DNA from: Candidatus Spongiisociaceae bacterium
Lineage (GTDB): Bacteria > Actinomycetota > Acidimicrobiia > Spongiisociales > Spongiisociaceae
Reading direction: 5' to 3'
Length of the DNA stretch: 64,000 bases
Assembly: GCA_965219685.1 (NCBI GenBank)
Contig: CBDCOH010000002.1
Span: 1,280,001 to 1,344,000, forward strand
Below the pieces are notes generated by a model. It was not told where the DNA came from. It saw only the letters and a list, made by a program, of their open reading frames with translations, and did no database searches. Positions 18,841-29,529 of this stretch are shown piece by piece; position 1 is the stretch's first letter; every line of letters starts with the position of its first letter. A program made the translations under genes and the position numbers.

Positions 18841-20229
18841 GAGAATCCCTCCCTCGGTCATCCGCTTGATGTCGAGGACGCGGTCGAGTTCCTCCGCATC
18901 CAGGAGGCCCATCTCGAGCACCACCTCGCGGATGGTGCGTCCGGTGGCGAAGGCCTCCTTGGCGACCTCGGCCCCTTTGTCGTAGCCGATGCGCGGGTTG
19001 AGGGCCGTCACGACGATCAGGTTGGCGTCCGCCAACTCCCTGGCCCGTTCCACGTCGGCCTCAATCCCCTCGACGCAGCGTTCGCGCAGGGTGGTCGAGG
19101 CGTTGGCCAGCAAGTCGATCGACTCGAGAAGGTTGTGGGCCATCATCGGCATCATGACGTTCAACTCGAGGTTCCCGTTGGCGCCGCCCCAGACAATGGC
19201 GGCGTCGTTTCCGATCACCTGGGCGGCCACCTGCATCGCCATCTCCGGAATAACCGGATTCACCTTTCCCGGCATGATCGAAGACCCCGGTTGCAGGGCC
19301 GGAAGTCTGATCTCCGCCAGACCTGTCCGGGGTCCCGAGGACAGCCAGCGCAGGTCGTTCGCGATCTTGAAAAGCGAGACGGCCACAGTCTTGAGGGCTC
19401 CCGAGGCCATCACCACTGCGTCCTTGGCCGCCTGGGCCTCGAAGTGGTTGGTGGCCTCCCGGAAGGGTATGCCGGTCCTCTCCGACAACGACCGGATGAC
19501 CGAGGCGGCGTATCCGGGAGGCGCGTTGATCCCGGTTCCGACCGCCGTGCCGCCCAGCGGAAGTTCTTCGAGGTCGGGCACCACCGCCCTTAGCCGGTCG
19601 GCGCCGCGCCGGGCCTGGTCGGCATAGCCGGAGAACTCCTGGCCCAGGGTGACCGGTGTGGCGTCCATGAGGTGGGTCCGACCGGACTTCACCACGTCGC
19701 CGAAGGCATCCGCCTTGTCCTGGAGGGATCCGGACAGACCGGAGAGGGCCGGGATCAGGTCTTCACGGATGGCGGCCGATCCCGCCACGTGGATGGCCGT
19801 GGGTATCACGTCGTTGGACGACTGACCGAAGTTCACATGGTCGTTGGGATGCACCGGGCGGTCCTCGGTGGTGGCTCCCAGTAGTTGGACAGCGCGATTG
19901 GCGATCACTTCGTTGGCGTTGGTATTGGTGGACGTTCCGGAACCGGTCTGGAATATGTCGAGCACGAACTGGTCGTCGAGCGCCCCTTCCACGACCTCGT
20001 CGGCCGCCCGCGCAACTGCTGCAGCGATCTCGTCGGGTACGTACCCTGTCCGGCCCGAGACGCGAGCCGCCGATCCCTTGATCAGACCCATGGCCCAGAT
20101 AAACCGGCGGCTGAACCGGAGGTTGGAGATCGGGAAGTTCTCGACGGCCCGCTGGGTGGAGGCCCCGTACAACGCGTCGGAGGGAACCTGCAGTTCCCCC
20201 ATCGAATCCCTCTCGATCCTGTAGCCCAC
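18838..20229 (-). CDS. fumC: class II fumarate hydratase
   Basis: [37 protein letters not shown]. Confidence 0.96.
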   Translation of the reverse strand: MGYRIERDSMGELQVPSDALYGASTQRAVENFPISNLRFSRRFIWAMGLIKGSAARVSGRTGYVPDEIAAAVARAADEVVEGALDDQFVLDIFQTGSGTSTNTNANEVIANRAVQLLGATTEDRPVHPNDHVNFGQSSNDVIPTAIHVAGSAAIREDLIPALSGLSGSLQDKADAFGDVVKSGRTHLMDATPVTLGQEFSGYADQARRGADRLRAVVPDLEELPLGGTAVGTGINAPPGYAASVIRSLSERTGIPFREATNHFEAQAAKDAVVMASGALKTVAVSLFKIANDLRWLSSGPRTGLAEIRLPALQPGSSIMPGKVNPVIPEMAMQVAAQVIGNDAAIVWGGANGNLELNVMMPMMAHNLLESIDLLANASTTLRERCVEGIEADVERARELADANLIVVTALNPRIGYDKGAEVAKEAFATGRTIREVVLEMGLLDAEELDRVLDIKRMTEGGIL

Positions 20230-20387
20230 GTGCGCCTCCTCGACCAGCCTGCTCCCGCATCGTGGCAGGACCGGTCACTTTACCCGTGCCATCGTCTGCT
20301 CTGAGCCCGCATCCTCGCCTGCATCCAGGGGAGCGATATGAGGTAGCGTTGCGAGGCCTGCCCTGGTCGGGAAGGAGCGCCGCCAGA

Positions 20388-21092
20388 GTGACCAGATCAT
20401 CCGCGCCAACGATCACCGGTAGCATCCTGGTGGTCGAGGACGACCGCGGGGTCCGCGAGTCCCTCAGACGCGCTCTCCTACTCGAGGGATTCGACGTCGC
20501 GACCGTATCGGACGGCGCCTCGGCACTCGAGGACGCAACCGTCCACGACTACGACGCCATGATCCTGGATGTGATGATGCCCCGGATGGATGGGATCGAG
20601 GTGGCTCGGCGGTTGCGCGCCGCCGGGAACTCCGTACCGATCCTCATGCTGACCGCCCGCCACGAGGTGTCCAGCCGGGTTGAGGGTCTCGACGCCGGCG
20701 CCGACGACTACCTCGCCAAGCCATTCGCCTTGGAAGAGCTGCTCGCGCGGATCCGGGCACTTCTCCGGCGCGGCGGGTTGTCCGGGCAGGGCGAGCGCCT
20801 GCGGCTATCCGACCTGGTGCTCGACCCTGCAGGCCGCCGCGCCTTCAGGGGGAGCCGGGAACTACTTCTGACCAAGACCGAGTTCGACCTGCTCGAGCTG
20901 CTCCTCTTCAACCCCCGGGTGGTCCTCACCCGAGGGCTCATCATGGACCGGATCTGGGGATACGACTTCGAGACGAGCTCCAACCCCCTCGAGGTGTACA
21001 TCGGGTACCTGCGCCGCAAACTGGAGGCGGCGGGAGAGCCCCGGCTCATCCACACCGTTCGGGGTGTGGGATACGTGGCGAGGGACCCGTGA
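20388..21092 (+). CDS. OmpR/MprA-like response regulator
   Basis: [48 protein letters not shown]; start GTG 20388 after GAAGGAG. Confidence 0.93.
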   Translation: MTRSSAPTITGSILVVEDDRGVRESLRRALLLEGFDVATVSDGASALEDATVHDYDAMILDVMMPRMDGIEVARRLRAAGNSVPILMLTARHEVSSRVEGLDAGADDYLAKPFALEELLARIRALLRRGGLSGQGERLRLSDLVLDPAGRRAFRGSRELLLTKTEFDLLELLLFNPRVVLTRGLIMDRIWGYDFETSSNPLEVYIGYLRRKLEAAGEPRLIHTVRGVGYVARDP

Positions 21093-22459
21093 GCCTCCGG
21101 CGGCGTTGGGCCCTGGGGTTGGGCGTGGTCGCAGCGGTGGCGATCGGCCTGATCACGATCGCCGCGGTCGTGTCGGCGGAGCGGCAACTACGCGGAGCGG
21201 TCGATGCGGACCTCCGGCAAAGGGCCTCCGAACTCGCCCGGCTGCCGGGAGACCAGCGCATCGAGGGTCGGGCGCCGCGTGCACGCCTGCTGCCGAGGAT
21301 CGTCGACCTCGACGCCGTCGTCCAGGCTCTCGACGAGGACGGCGCCGTGCTGCTGCGTATAGGACCGGAAGGGGTGATCCCGCCGGTGGAAGCGGCCGAT
21401 CTGGGCGTCCTGGCGGAGGCTGGCCGCTCACTGGTCCGGGATGTGGAGATAGCGGGTGTCGCGTTTCGCATGATCACCTTCAGTGTCCGGCTTCCGACAG
21501 GCGGAGGGCCTTCCGCGGTCGCGTTCCAGATCGCGACGGACCGGTCCCGAGTCGACGCGAACCTCGCCGAGCTCACCCGGCGCCTCGTGACGATCGGCGT
21601 GCTGGGGGTTCTACTGGTCGGTTTCACCGGTTGGCTGCTCGCGTCGAGAGCGGTCCGGCCGATCACAGACCTCACGGATGCGGCGGAGCGGATCGCCTCG
21701 TCGGAGCGTATCGATGCGGGAGGCCGGCTCGACATGTCGGCCCCCGGAGAGATCGGACGTTTGGCGAGGGCGTTCTCTTCGATGCTCGCCTCGCTGAGGA
21801 GGTCCAGGGAGGAACAGCAGCGACTCGTTACGGACGCGGGTCACGAGTTCCGGACTCCCATCACCTCGCTGACGACCAATCTCGAGATTCTTCGCCGGCA
21901 AGGAGACCGGCTGTCCCGTGACCAGAGCCAAGACCTGATCGAAGCGGCGCTCGCCGAGTCGAGGCAGTTGGCCGGGCTGGCGGCTGAACTCGTCGACCTC
22001 TCGACGGATGCGCACCACACGGACGAGCCGACGGTGCCTGTCGACATGCGGAGGTTGGCCGACGAGGTTGCGGGTCGCTTCCGTCAACTCTCCGAGAAGG
22101 AGATCACCGTGTCGGGCGCCGGGGCCACCGTCCGGGGGCGGCGGTCACAGCTGGAACGGGCGTTGGGGAATCTGGTTGACAACGCCGCCAAGTGGGCTGA
22201 CAGCGCCGTGGAGATCGTGCTGGACGGAGCTTCGGTCACCGTCGTCGACGATGGCCCCGGTATTCCCGAAGAGGCCATCCCCCATATCTTCGACCGGTTC
22301 TACCGGTCTCGCGATGTCCGCTCCACGCCGGGTACCGGGCTCGGACTGTCGATCGTGGAACATCTGATCGTCGCGAACGGCGGGGCGGTCACGGCCCGCA
22401 ACGGTCCCGGCGGCGGCGCCGAAGTGGGTTTCACCCTGCCCGTCGTTCCCGGCCGGTGA
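21089..22459 (+). CDS. HAMP-domain sensor histidine kinase (MprB-like)
   Basis: Two TM segments, [10 protein letters not shown]-box, [21 protein letters not shown]. Confidence 0.93.
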   Translation: MSLRRRWALGLGVVAAVAIGLITIAAVVSAERQLRGAVDADLRQRASELARLPGDQRIEGRAPRARLLPRIVDLDAVVQALDEDGAVLLRIGPEGVIPPVEAADLGVLAEAGRSLVRDVEIAGVAFRMITFSVRLPTGGGPSAVAFQIATDRSRVDANLAELTRRLVTIGVLGVLLVGFTGWLLASRAVRPITDLTDAAERIASSERIDAGGRLDMSAPGEIGRLARAFSSMLASLRRSREEQQRLVTDAGHEFRTPITSLTTNLEILRRQGDRLSRDQSQDLIEAALAESRQLAGLAAELVDLSTDAHHTDEPTVPVDMRRLADEVAGRFRQLSEKEITVSGAGATVRGRRSQLERALGNLVDNAAKWADSAVEIVLDGASVTVVDDGPGIPEEAIPHIFDRFYRSRDVRSTPGTGLGLSIVEHLIVANGGAVTARNGPGGGAEVGFTLPVVPGR

Positions 22460-22542
22460 GCCGCTCTCCCGACACCGGAGCAAGTAGCTGAGTGTTCACG
22501 CTACCGAATCCGGTGACCACGTAACTAGCGCAAACCAGTGTA

Positions 22543-22796
22543 ACTAGACGAGTAGCTCCAAGGGATCTGGCCGAGAGCGACCGTGCTCTAACATCGTTTA
22601 CGCAACGCTGCACGACGCAGCGGTAACTCCTATGCATCTGTTCCTGGACTCGGATCCGGGGCTGCGACTTCGTGAAGAGCGACGGGCGGCGTAAACGCGA
22701 GACCCAAACAGTGCTATTGAGGATCGTAAATGATCCAAGTTATCGGTACCCAACGATCACCAACTAACAACTATAGACTACCAACTAGGAACTAAT
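22543..22796 (+). repeat. dispersed heptamer-tipped non-coding element, copy A
   Basis: Colinear with the reverse complement of 61991-62231 in multiple conserved blocks; ends in caactaa caactat agactac caactag gaactaa. Confidence 0.9.
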
Positions 22797-22835
22797 CATC
22801 GATTCCGGCCGGGCGCCGGCTCGGAGGTTCCGGCG

Positions 22836-22875
22836 CGACGGCGGGCCCCGGGGAGGTCACCGAGGCCCGCCGTCG
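22836..22875. terminator. GC-rich stem-loop downstream of 22892-23386
   Basis: CGACGGCGGGCC ... GGCCCGCCGTCG, 12-bp perfect arms. Confidence 0.6.
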
Positions 22876-22891
22876 GAGGGGAGGCTTGTTA

Positions 22892-23386
22892 TTAAGAGAC
22901 CGATCCGGAAGCCTGCGAGGGTGCCCCGGTCGGTTTCTTCCCACCGTGCAGATGGTGACCCCCGCCCGAGCGCCATCTCCTGCGGTCGGAGGCGGCTTCT
23001 CGGAACTCTTCCCTGGTTATCTCACCGTCTTCCAGCGCATCTGCCAAGGGACCGTTCTCGTCGGTGATCCGGTCCGCGAACGGCAACTGCGAGATCTCGT
23101 CCGAGGTCAGCACGTCGTCTTCCCAGAACGCCTTGAGTTGATCCAGCGCCGCCTTGGCCTCCTCCAGCGCCTGGGATCTCTTCTCCGCCAGCGCCGTCGT
23201 GATGGCGTCGGCCTGCACCTCGGTGATGGTCCCCTCTGCGACGAGGTCGGCCAGCACTCCCTCGAGGAGGCTCGTGCCCTCGGTGCGGGCGACTCCTGGG
23301 GATCCACGATGGGTGCCTCGTGCCATCACAGCCGTCGCGACCCCCAGAACGAGCACCGCGGCCACGGGAATGATGATCTTGCGCAT
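22892..23386 (-). CDS. secreted helical protein
   Basis: MRKIIIPVAAVLVLGVATAVMA signal peptide; LADLVAEGTITEVQADAI and DGEITREEF repeats. Confidence 0.75.
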   Translation of the reverse strand: MRKIIIPVAAVLVLGVATAVMARGTHRGSPGVARTEGTSLLEGVLADLVAEGTITEVQADAITTALAEKRSQALEEAKAALDQLKAFWEDDVLTSDEISQLPFADRITDENGPLADALEDGEITREEFREAASDRRRWRSGGGHHLHGGKKPTGAPSQASGSVS

Positions 23387-23450
23387 CCTTTGCTTCCTTT
23401 CTCGATCAGGTTCGGATTCCCACCATCTTGGGAGACCAACATGTGCCGTT

Positions 23451-23479
23451 CCTGAGAGAAACCTGAGCATTCCATGAGA
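23451..23479 (-). promoter_or_regulatory. three 11-bp-spaced direct repeats resembling an MprA/OmpR-family box
   Basis: Minus strand reads TCTCAT-N5-GCTCAG-N5-TCTCAG upstream of the secreted protein gene. Confidence 0.6.
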
Positions 23480-23502
23480 ACCTTGTCAGGTGTCAGGTGG
23501 AA

Positions 23503-23523
23503 TTCACCATTCACCATTCACTA
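23503..23523. repeat. (TTCACCA)2 TTCACTA heptamer array at the sufC2 TAG stop
   Basis: Direct reading of sequence. Confidence 0.7.
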
Positions 23524-24324
23524 CACGTCAAATGGGGTGTCGGTGAATATGTCGCTCATCTTCGGAGTCGGCGGGGCCTTACGCGGAGCCGCCAGCCCGA
23601 GCCGGGACCGGACCGCCGAGTATCCGCCCGCCTCCAACTCGTGAGCCAGCTCGGGGCCTCCGGAATCGGCGATGCGCCCATCGATCATGATGTGTACGCG
23701 GTCGGGTTCCGCGTAGTTGAGGATCCGGCTGTAGTGGGTGATCATCAGCACCGCCACATCGGGGCTGCGCATCTCGGAGACCGCTGTGGCCACCTCGCGC
23801 ACGGTGTCGATGTCGAGTCCCGAGTCGACCTCGTCCAGCACCATCACCCGAGGCTCGAGAACCGCCATCTGGAACATCTCGGACCGCTTCTTCTCGCCTC
23901 CGGACAGGCCGCTGTTGACCGCCCGGCCGAGAAATCGCTCCATACCGAAACGCTGTGCCTTCGCTGCGATCCGATCTGCCGCTTCCCCGGCCGTCGCTCC
24001 GAGCGAGACCGCCGCCTCCTCGACGAACACCGACAAGTCCAGGCCCGGGATCTCCACGGGATACTGGAACGCCTGCAGCAACCCGGCCCGAGCCCGTTCG
24101 GAGACATCGAGATCGTCCATTCGTAGGCCATTTACCAAGACCTTCCCCGACACCTCGTACCCTGACTTGCCCGCCAGCACATGGCACAGGGTGGATTTTC
24201 CGGAACCGTTGGGGCCCATGATGGCGTGTACCTGGCCGAAGGGCACGCTGAGGTCCACACCCTTCAGGATCTTGAGGTCACGTACCGATGCCTCGAGGTT
24301 CTCGACGCGGAGTGCGATCGTCAC
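23521..24324 (-). CDS. sufC: Fe-S cluster assembly ATPase SufC (copy 2)
   Basis: MGPNGSGKST, FQYPVEIPG, LSGGEKKRSE, DEVDSGLDID, ITHYSR. Confidence 0.92.
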   Translation of the reverse strand: MTIALRVENLEASVRDLKILKGVDLSVPFGQVHAIMGPNGSGKSTLCHVLAGKSGYEVSGKVLVNGLRMDDLDVSERARAGLLQAFQYPVEIPGLDLSVFVEEAAVSLGATAGEAADRIAAKAQRFGMERFLGRAVNSGLSGGEKKRSEMFQMAVLEPRVMVLDEVDSGLDIDTVREVATAVSEMRSPDVAVLMITHYSRILNYAEPDRVHIMIDGRIADSGGPELAHELEAGGYSAVRSRLGLAAPRKAPPTPKMSDIFTDTPFDV

Positions 24325-24647
24325 CGGTCACCTCCAGGGGAATCGAGCGCCACCATCACCCCGTCGCCGTCGACTCGCACCTCGTAGGTGGGAACCGGGC
24401 GGGTAGCGGGCAGCGATCGTGGCCTTCCCGTCCGAACGTCGAACTCGGAGCCGTGGCGGGGACATTCCACGTCGTAGTCGAAGAGGTCGCCTTCCGCCAG
24501 CGAAGCGTCCGCATGGCTGCACATGTCGCCGATCACGTAGAAGTCACCGCCGATGCGGAAGACCGCCAGCCGGTGCCCCGCTACGTCCACCCTCGTGCCG
24601 CCTTCAGCGAAGGAGCCCACGTCGCCTATCCGGTGCCACTCGATCAT
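24321..24647 (-). CDS. Rieske-type ferredoxin
   Basis: CSH ... CPRHGSEFDVRTG. Confidence 0.92.
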   Translation of the reverse strand: MIEWHRIGDVGSFAEGGTRVDVAGHRLAVFRIGGDFYVIGDMCSHADASLAEGDLFDYDVECPRHGSEFDVRTGRPRSLPATRPVPTYEVRVDGDGVMVALDSPGGDR

Positions 24648-25909
24648 CTGGCTCCCCTTCGCTGGGCACCGGCGTACTTGGCGGCCACCGCGGCTCGCGA
24701 CGGCGCCGCCAGCTGGGGCACCGCCAACTTGGCGAGGATCTCGTCGAAGAACCCCCGCACGAGGAGGCGTTCAGCCCGGTCCGGCGGTAGGCCCCGGCTC
24801 ATCAGGTAGTAGAGCTGTTCCTCGTCGGGAGGGCCCGACGACGAGCCATGCCCACACTGGAGATCGTCGGTCAGGATCTCCAGGTTGGGAACCGAGTGGA
24901 CCTTGGCGCCATCGGAGAGCACCAGGTTTCGGTTGGTCTCGAACGCGGAGGTCCCGACCGCCGGGTTCTCGATGCGCATCAGGCCGGTCCAAACCGCCTC
25001 CGCCCGGTCGGCTACCGCCCCCTTCAGGAAGATGTCCGAGGTCGTGCGCGGTCCGTGGTGCGTGACGTAGATCCGGTAGTCGAGAACCTGGCGGCGGTCC
25101 CCGAAGTAGATACCGCCGACCTTGGCGGACGAACCCTTGCCGGCAAGGGAGATCCCGAGGCGTTGGCGCGAGTAGCGACCGCCGAGACCGATCTCGTCGA
25201 TCCGCACGGTGGAGTCGCGGTCGGCCACGAACTGGTGGTGAGCGACCATCCGCGCCGAATCGTCGATACGCTGGACCACCGAGACGGCTATACGGGCGCC
25301 ACGATCGGCCAGTACCTCGACGATCGGACACAGGAGCAACTCCGCGCCGGGAGCGGAGCGATACACCACCATGACCGTTCCCTCCGAACCTGGACGGCCG
25401 ATGACGGTCACATGAGGGAAGCTGACCGTACCGGGGGCGACCGACTGCACATCCACGACCACCGGGGATGCGACAACCCGGCCCGCCGGGAAGACCACGA
25501 CGCCTCCCGGAGGAGCGAGGGCATGGTTGGCCGCGCTGAAGATGTCGATGTCCGGAGACACGGCGGAGCCATAGCGGGAGACCACATCCCCGTTCGGTAG
25601 GTCCCCCACCCCCGCAACCTCCACCCCGTCTCCGTGGGCTCGGACCACATGGCCGTCGATCAGGCACAGAGAGCCGCTCGGCTCGTCCACGACGTCGAGA
25701 TACTCGTCCCCGCCCAGTTCCTGCGGCGCCTCCCCTGCCGGGCGGAAGTCGTCCAGGGCGAAGTCGAGGTCGACGTACTTCCAGTCCTCGGAAGTGGATG
25801 CCGGCATCGACGCGGCGGCCAGGGCACGGGACCCCCGGCTGCGCAGAGCAGCCAGCCACCCGGGGGCGGCGTGGTCTGTCTCCGTTGGGTCTGGGAATGG
25901 TCCGGGCAC
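24644..25909 (-). CDS. sufD: Fe-S cluster assembly protein SufD
   Basis: EDWKY, ETNRNLVLS, SVPNLEI, CGHGSS, LYYLMSRG; start GTG 25909 after GAAGGAG. Confidence 0.9.
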   Translation of the reverse strand: MPGPFPDPTETDHAAPGWLAALRSRGSRALAAASMPASTSEDWKYVDLDFALDDFRPAGEAPQELGGDEYLDVVDEPSGSLCLIDGHVVRAHGDGVEVAGVGDLPNGDVVSRYGSAVSPDIDIFSAANHALAPPGGVVVFPAGRVVASPVVVDVQSVAPGTVSFPHVTVIGRPGSEGTVMVVYRSAPGAELLLCPIVEVLADRGARIAVSVVQRIDDSARMVAHHQFVADRDSTVRIDEIGLGGRYSRQRLGISLAGKGSSAKVGGIYFGDRRQVLDYRIYVTHHGPRTTSDIFLKGAVADRAEAVWTGLMRIENPAVGTSAFETNRNLVLSDGAKVHSVPNLEILTDDLQCGHGSSSGPPDEEQLYYLMSRGLPPDRAERLLVRGFFDEILAKLAVPQLAAPSRAAVAAKYAGAQRRGAR

Positions 25910-26018
25910 GGCGCCGGCTCCTTCGCGGTACGGGGGTGCGCATGGTAGACGCAACCGACATCGTATTGGATGCGCCGCGCCGGTGCGAAGCGAGTTGATC
26001 CCGCCCGTGGGTTCCCGC

Positions 26019-26744
26019 TCAGACCCCGGCGGCCGGCGACGCCGGCGTATCGGCCTCCCTACCGGCTATCAGTTCCGACGCTCGCTCGAACACGGCGTCC
26101 AGCATCGGGTCGGTCAGACGGCCGGTGAAGGTGTTCTGCTGGGACGGGTGGTAACAACCGATGACGACGGGCGCCCCGCTCCCGAGTTCCACCTCGACCC
26201 CGTGACCGAACCGGGGCCTGGGACGGGGGACGTCCCATCCTCGCCGGAGGCCCAGCCGGAGCGTCTGGTCGAACGCCATGCCGCCGAGGGCCACGATCAC
26301 CTTCACGTTCTCGCACAGGTCGAGTTCACGTTCCAGCCAGGTTGCGCAGGTATCGCGCTCCACGGGTTTCGGGCGGTTGGACGGCGGAACGCATCTGACG
26401 ATGGCGGTGATCGCAGCATCGAGCAGTTCCAGTCCGTCGCCCCGGCGCACCGCTACGGGCCGGTTTGCGAAGCCGGCGCGGAACAGAGCGCGGAAGAGCC
26501 ATTCGCCGGATCGGTCACCCGTGAACATGCGACCGGTCCGGTTCGAGCCGTGGGCGCCGGGCGCCAGCCCGATCATCAGCAGGCGCGCCGTGTGATCGCC
26601 GAGCATCGGGACCGGGCGAGCCCAGTACTCCTCGCCGGCGTAGGCAGCCCGCTTCTTGGCGGCGACCTCCTCCCGCCAGGACACCAGTCTCGGACAGCGC
26701 CGGCAGTCGACCAACTGCTCCTGGAGCCTTGCGAAGTCACTCAC
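26019..26744 (-). CDS. udgB: uracil-DNA glycosylase family 5 (UdgB)
   Basis: CRRCPRLV, GLAPGAHGSNRTGRMFTGDRSG, YHPSQQN. Confidence 0.9.
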   Translation of the reverse strand: MSDFARLQEQLVDCRRCPRLVSWREEVAAKKRAAYAGEEYWARPVPMLGDHTARLLMIGLAPGAHGSNRTGRMFTGDRSGEWLFRALFRAGFANRPVAVRRGDGLELLDAAITAIVRCVPPSNRPKPVERDTCATWLERELDLCENVKVIVALGGMAFDQTLRLGLRRGWDVPRPRPRFGHGVEVELGSGAPVVIGCYHPSQQNTFTGRLTDPMLDAVFERASELIAGREADTPASPAAGV

Positions 26745-28345
26745 GGCGCGGGATCCACCGGTGGTCCCGTGCCTCCTCCCGAACCGGACGCCGGCTGCGG
26801 AGCTGCGTCCAGCGCGTCCACCTGGAACCGGCTGACGGCATTCCACAACATCCACCCCAGGCCGCCGCCGCGAGCTTCGGCAGCCCGGATCTCGGCCCTC
26901 ACCTGGGCCGGGTTGTAGCCGAAGTCCTGGAGCCAGGGCCGGATGATGGCCGAACCCTGGCGGCGCTCGATCGCATCATCGAGGGCATGACCCACCACCT
27001 CCCCCGGATGGTTGTTCGGTACGTCGAATCCGAACCAGCCCCGCGAATAGTGGCTCGGGTACAGCATCGGGGATATCACGTCGATGGTCTGGGAGAGCGC
27101 TACGAACTCCTGGCCGATGCCACCGTCGCCCTGCACCGTGGTGATGAATCCGAATATGTCGGCGGCGACCAGGCAGCCGAGCGGGTGCAGCAACTCGCCG
27201 GCTTCCCGGAGGAACCCGGTGATCGCCTCCTGGCGGACCTCCGCGGAGCTGCCGTGATCGAAGCGGGCGCTCTCCGGGAAGCCGTCGGGGAACCGCACGT
27301 AGTCGAACTGGATCTCGTCGAATCCCGCCTTGCACACCTCCTGGGCCAAGTCGAGGGCGTAGGCCCGCGCCCGGCCGTCGGTGGGATCGAGGAAGTACTG
27401 GCCGCCCTTGTTGTATGGCTGTCCGGTCCTCGTGTCGAAGACAGCCATGTCGACCTCGGCCCGGGCGGCGATCGGGTCCTGGAACGTTACGAGCCGCGCG
27501 ATCTTGTAGAGGTCCCGCCGGTCCATCTCCACCATCACCCGGTCGAGGTCGACGAGTGGCTCCACCGCCCCGACGCGTCTGGCTAGCGGCACCGCGCTGT
27601 CGTAGAAGATGCGGCCCGACTCGCCCTTGACATCGATCACGAACGCGTTCACGACCGTTTCCTCGGCCACCGCCAGGAGGTCCCTCCACAGTTCCTGATC
27701 CGTGTACACCCAGTGGCCGATGTGCAAGGCCTTGATGACCATGGGTTGGATCGTGACCGTCTCCACCAGGGGTGTTCCCACCCAGTAGACCTCGGTCCTC
27801 TCCCATCCCGGGCGCTCAACGGTGATGGTGCCCGCCGACGCTCGGCTTATCTCGAAGCGACCGGACTGGTCGGTGATCGTGGCCGTGCCGCCGAGCGAAA
27901 CGGAGGCCGCCGGCAGGCCGAACCCGCTCGGGTCGAGCACCGCACCCCTGAGGACGGCCGGACGGAGCGCCAACTCGAGGGGTTCGTCATGGTACTCCTC
28001 GACCGCCACGGCCGCCGGGAAGAACCCTTCAGCCCTTACCGACACGGAGATCGGATCGCCCTCCCAGCGGACCTGTACCTGTCCCGCCTCGTCGCTGACG
28101 AGGAGCAAGTCGTCGGCTGACGCCTCCGCTCCGCCTATCGGGACCCCTTGGTCGTCCTGAACCTGGATCGTGACAATCGCGGTCTCCCCCGGCGGTGGAA
28201 TGGGCGACTCGCCGGCGACGACCACCGATTGGGCCATGCACGCCGGCAGTGCGACACCGACCATCAAGGCGAACGATCCCATGAGGGAGCGGAAACCTGG
28301 TCGGGTCTCCGGAATGGCCGGGTGGTTGTTGGCGGTCAGGATCAT
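26741..28345 (-). CDS. putative glycoside hydrolase (DUF4015-like) with N-terminal carboxypeptidase-regulatory-like repeats
   Basis: VIDVKGESG, IARLVTFQD, GFDEIQFDYVRFP, SPMLYPSHY, RPWLQDF; start uncertain. Confidence 0.75.
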   Translation of the reverse strand: MILTANNHPAIPETRPGFRSLMGSFALMVGVALPACMAQSVVVAGESPIPPPGETAIVTIQVQDDQGVPIGGAEASADDLLLVSDEAGQVQVRWEGDPISVSVRAEGFFPAAVAVEEYHDEPLELALRPAVLRGAVLDPSGFGLPAASVSLGGTATITDQSGRFEISRASAGTITVERPGWERTEVYWVGTPLVETVTIQPMVIKALHIGHWVYTDQELWRDLLAVAEETVVNAFVIDVKGESGRIFYDSAVPLARRVGAVEPLVDLDRVMVEMDRRDLYKIARLVTFQDPIAARAEVDMAVFDTRTGQPYNKGGQYFLDPTDGRARAYALDLAQEVCKAGFDEIQFDYVRFPDGFPESARFDHGSSAEVRQEAITGFLREAGELLHPLGCLVAADIFGFITTVQGDGGIGQEFVALSQTIDVISPMLYPSHYSRGWFGFDVPNNHPGEVVGHALDDAIERRQGSAIIRPWLQDFGYNPAQVRAEIRAAEARGGGLGWMLWNAVSRFQVDALDAAPQPASGSGGGTGPPVDPAP

Positions 28346-28546
28346 GAGGGCGCCTATTCGGGCGTGTCGTCTTGCAGTGGTGTCAAGCGTAATCCGGTTG
28401 CCCGGTCCGGTTCTGCGGGCTTCCGGGTGAAGGCCCGGGCCGTCCCGTTCGGGCTCCGTAACGGTGTCCGGAGATTCCTGCGTTGCGAAATCCGGCGCGG
28501 GGTGATACGTTGCCTTGCCCAAGCAAGCACGAGGTGGAACACGGGC

Positions 28547-29485
28547 GTGACGGTGGTAGCACGGGAGGCGTTGCCCTTAACGGATACCGTGGGCATGTAC
28601 CTGGAGGAAGTGTCGGCGCACTCCCTGCTGACAGCCGAGGACGAGATAAGGCTGGCGCGGACGATCGAGAGCGGCCTGGAGGCACGGGCCCGGTTGGACT
28701 CCTCGGACCGCCTCACTCCCCGCGAGTTCCGGAGGCTCCGGAGGCTGGCTCAGGAGGGTGAGCAGGCCAAAGTGGTGTTCATCCGTTCCAACCTGCGACT
28801 GGTCATCTCGATCGCGAAGCGCTACTCGGGGCGCGGTCTGGACCTCATCGACCTGATCCAGGAGGGCAACCTCGGACTGATCCGGGCTGTGGAGAAATTC
28901 GACTGGCGCAAGGGGTTCAAGTTCTCCACCTACGCCACCTGGTGGATCAGGCAGGCGATCACCCGTGGTCTCGGCAACCAGGCACGAACCATCCGGCTCC
29001 CGGTTCATATGGTGGACATCGTGCGAACCGTCAAGGAGACCGCCCGCACCCTGGCCGAGGAACACAGTCGCTACCCGACCCGCCAGGAGATCGCCGAGGC
29101 CAGCGGACTGGACATCGAGCGGGTCAACACAGCCCTCGACGCGCCCGGCAACACGGTGTCTCTCGATCGGCCGGTCGGCGAGGATGGCGACGCCGTGCTC
29201 GGCGACTTCGTGGAGGACACCAAGGCTCCGGACCCGTTCACCGAGGCGGCGGTGGCCGTGCGACGCGACCAGATCGAACAGGCGCTGGAGGTACTGGATC
29301 ACGATGAGCGTCTCGTGGTGGTCCAGCGGTACGGGATCGGCGGTTCGGAAGCACACACCCTGACCGCGATCGGAGCCATGATGGAACTGAGCCGCGAGCA
29401 TGTCCGCCAGATCGAGAAACGAGCCCTGTCGAAGCTACGGCACCCGAGCTTCGCCCTGGGCCTCAGGTATCTCCTCGAACTGTGA
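28547..29485 (+). CDS. RNA polymerase sigma-70 factor, group 2 (SigB/HrdD-like, no region 1.1)
   Basis: NLRLVISIAKRY, LIQEGNLGLIRAVEKFD..KGFKFSTYATWWIRQAI, SREHVRQIE. Confidence 0.92.
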   Translation: MTVVAREALPLTDTVGMYLEEVSAHSLLTAEDEIRLARTIESGLEARARLDSSDRLTPREFRRLRRLAQEGEQAKVVFIRSNLRLVISIAKRYSGRGLDLIDLIQEGNLGLIRAVEKFDWRKGFKFSTYATWWIRQAITRGLGNQARTIRLPVHMVDIVRTVKETARTLAEEHSRYPTRQEIAEASGLDIERVNTALDAPGNTVSLDRPVGEDGDAVLGDFVEDTKAPDPFTEAAVAVRRDQIEQALEVLDHDERLVVVQRYGIGGSEAHTLTAIGAMMELSREHVRQIEKRALSKLRHPSFALGLRYLLEL

Positions 29486-29529
29486 CTGGTGGCCAGTGGC
29501 TACTGGCTATTCACCATTCACCAACCTCA
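29483..29529. repeat. 7-periodic spacer joining the convergent TGA stops of the sigma factor and sufB
   Basis: tgactgg tggccag tggctac tggctat tcaccat tcaccaa cctca; internal GCCAGT-GGCT-ACTGGC hairpin. Confidence 0.65.

Noticed and set aside
22471-22493. GACACCGGAGC similarity to 38828-38850 beside two element copies
   Set aside because: At 38828 it overlaps a gene start and lies at the opposite end of the element relative to copy A; probably chance.
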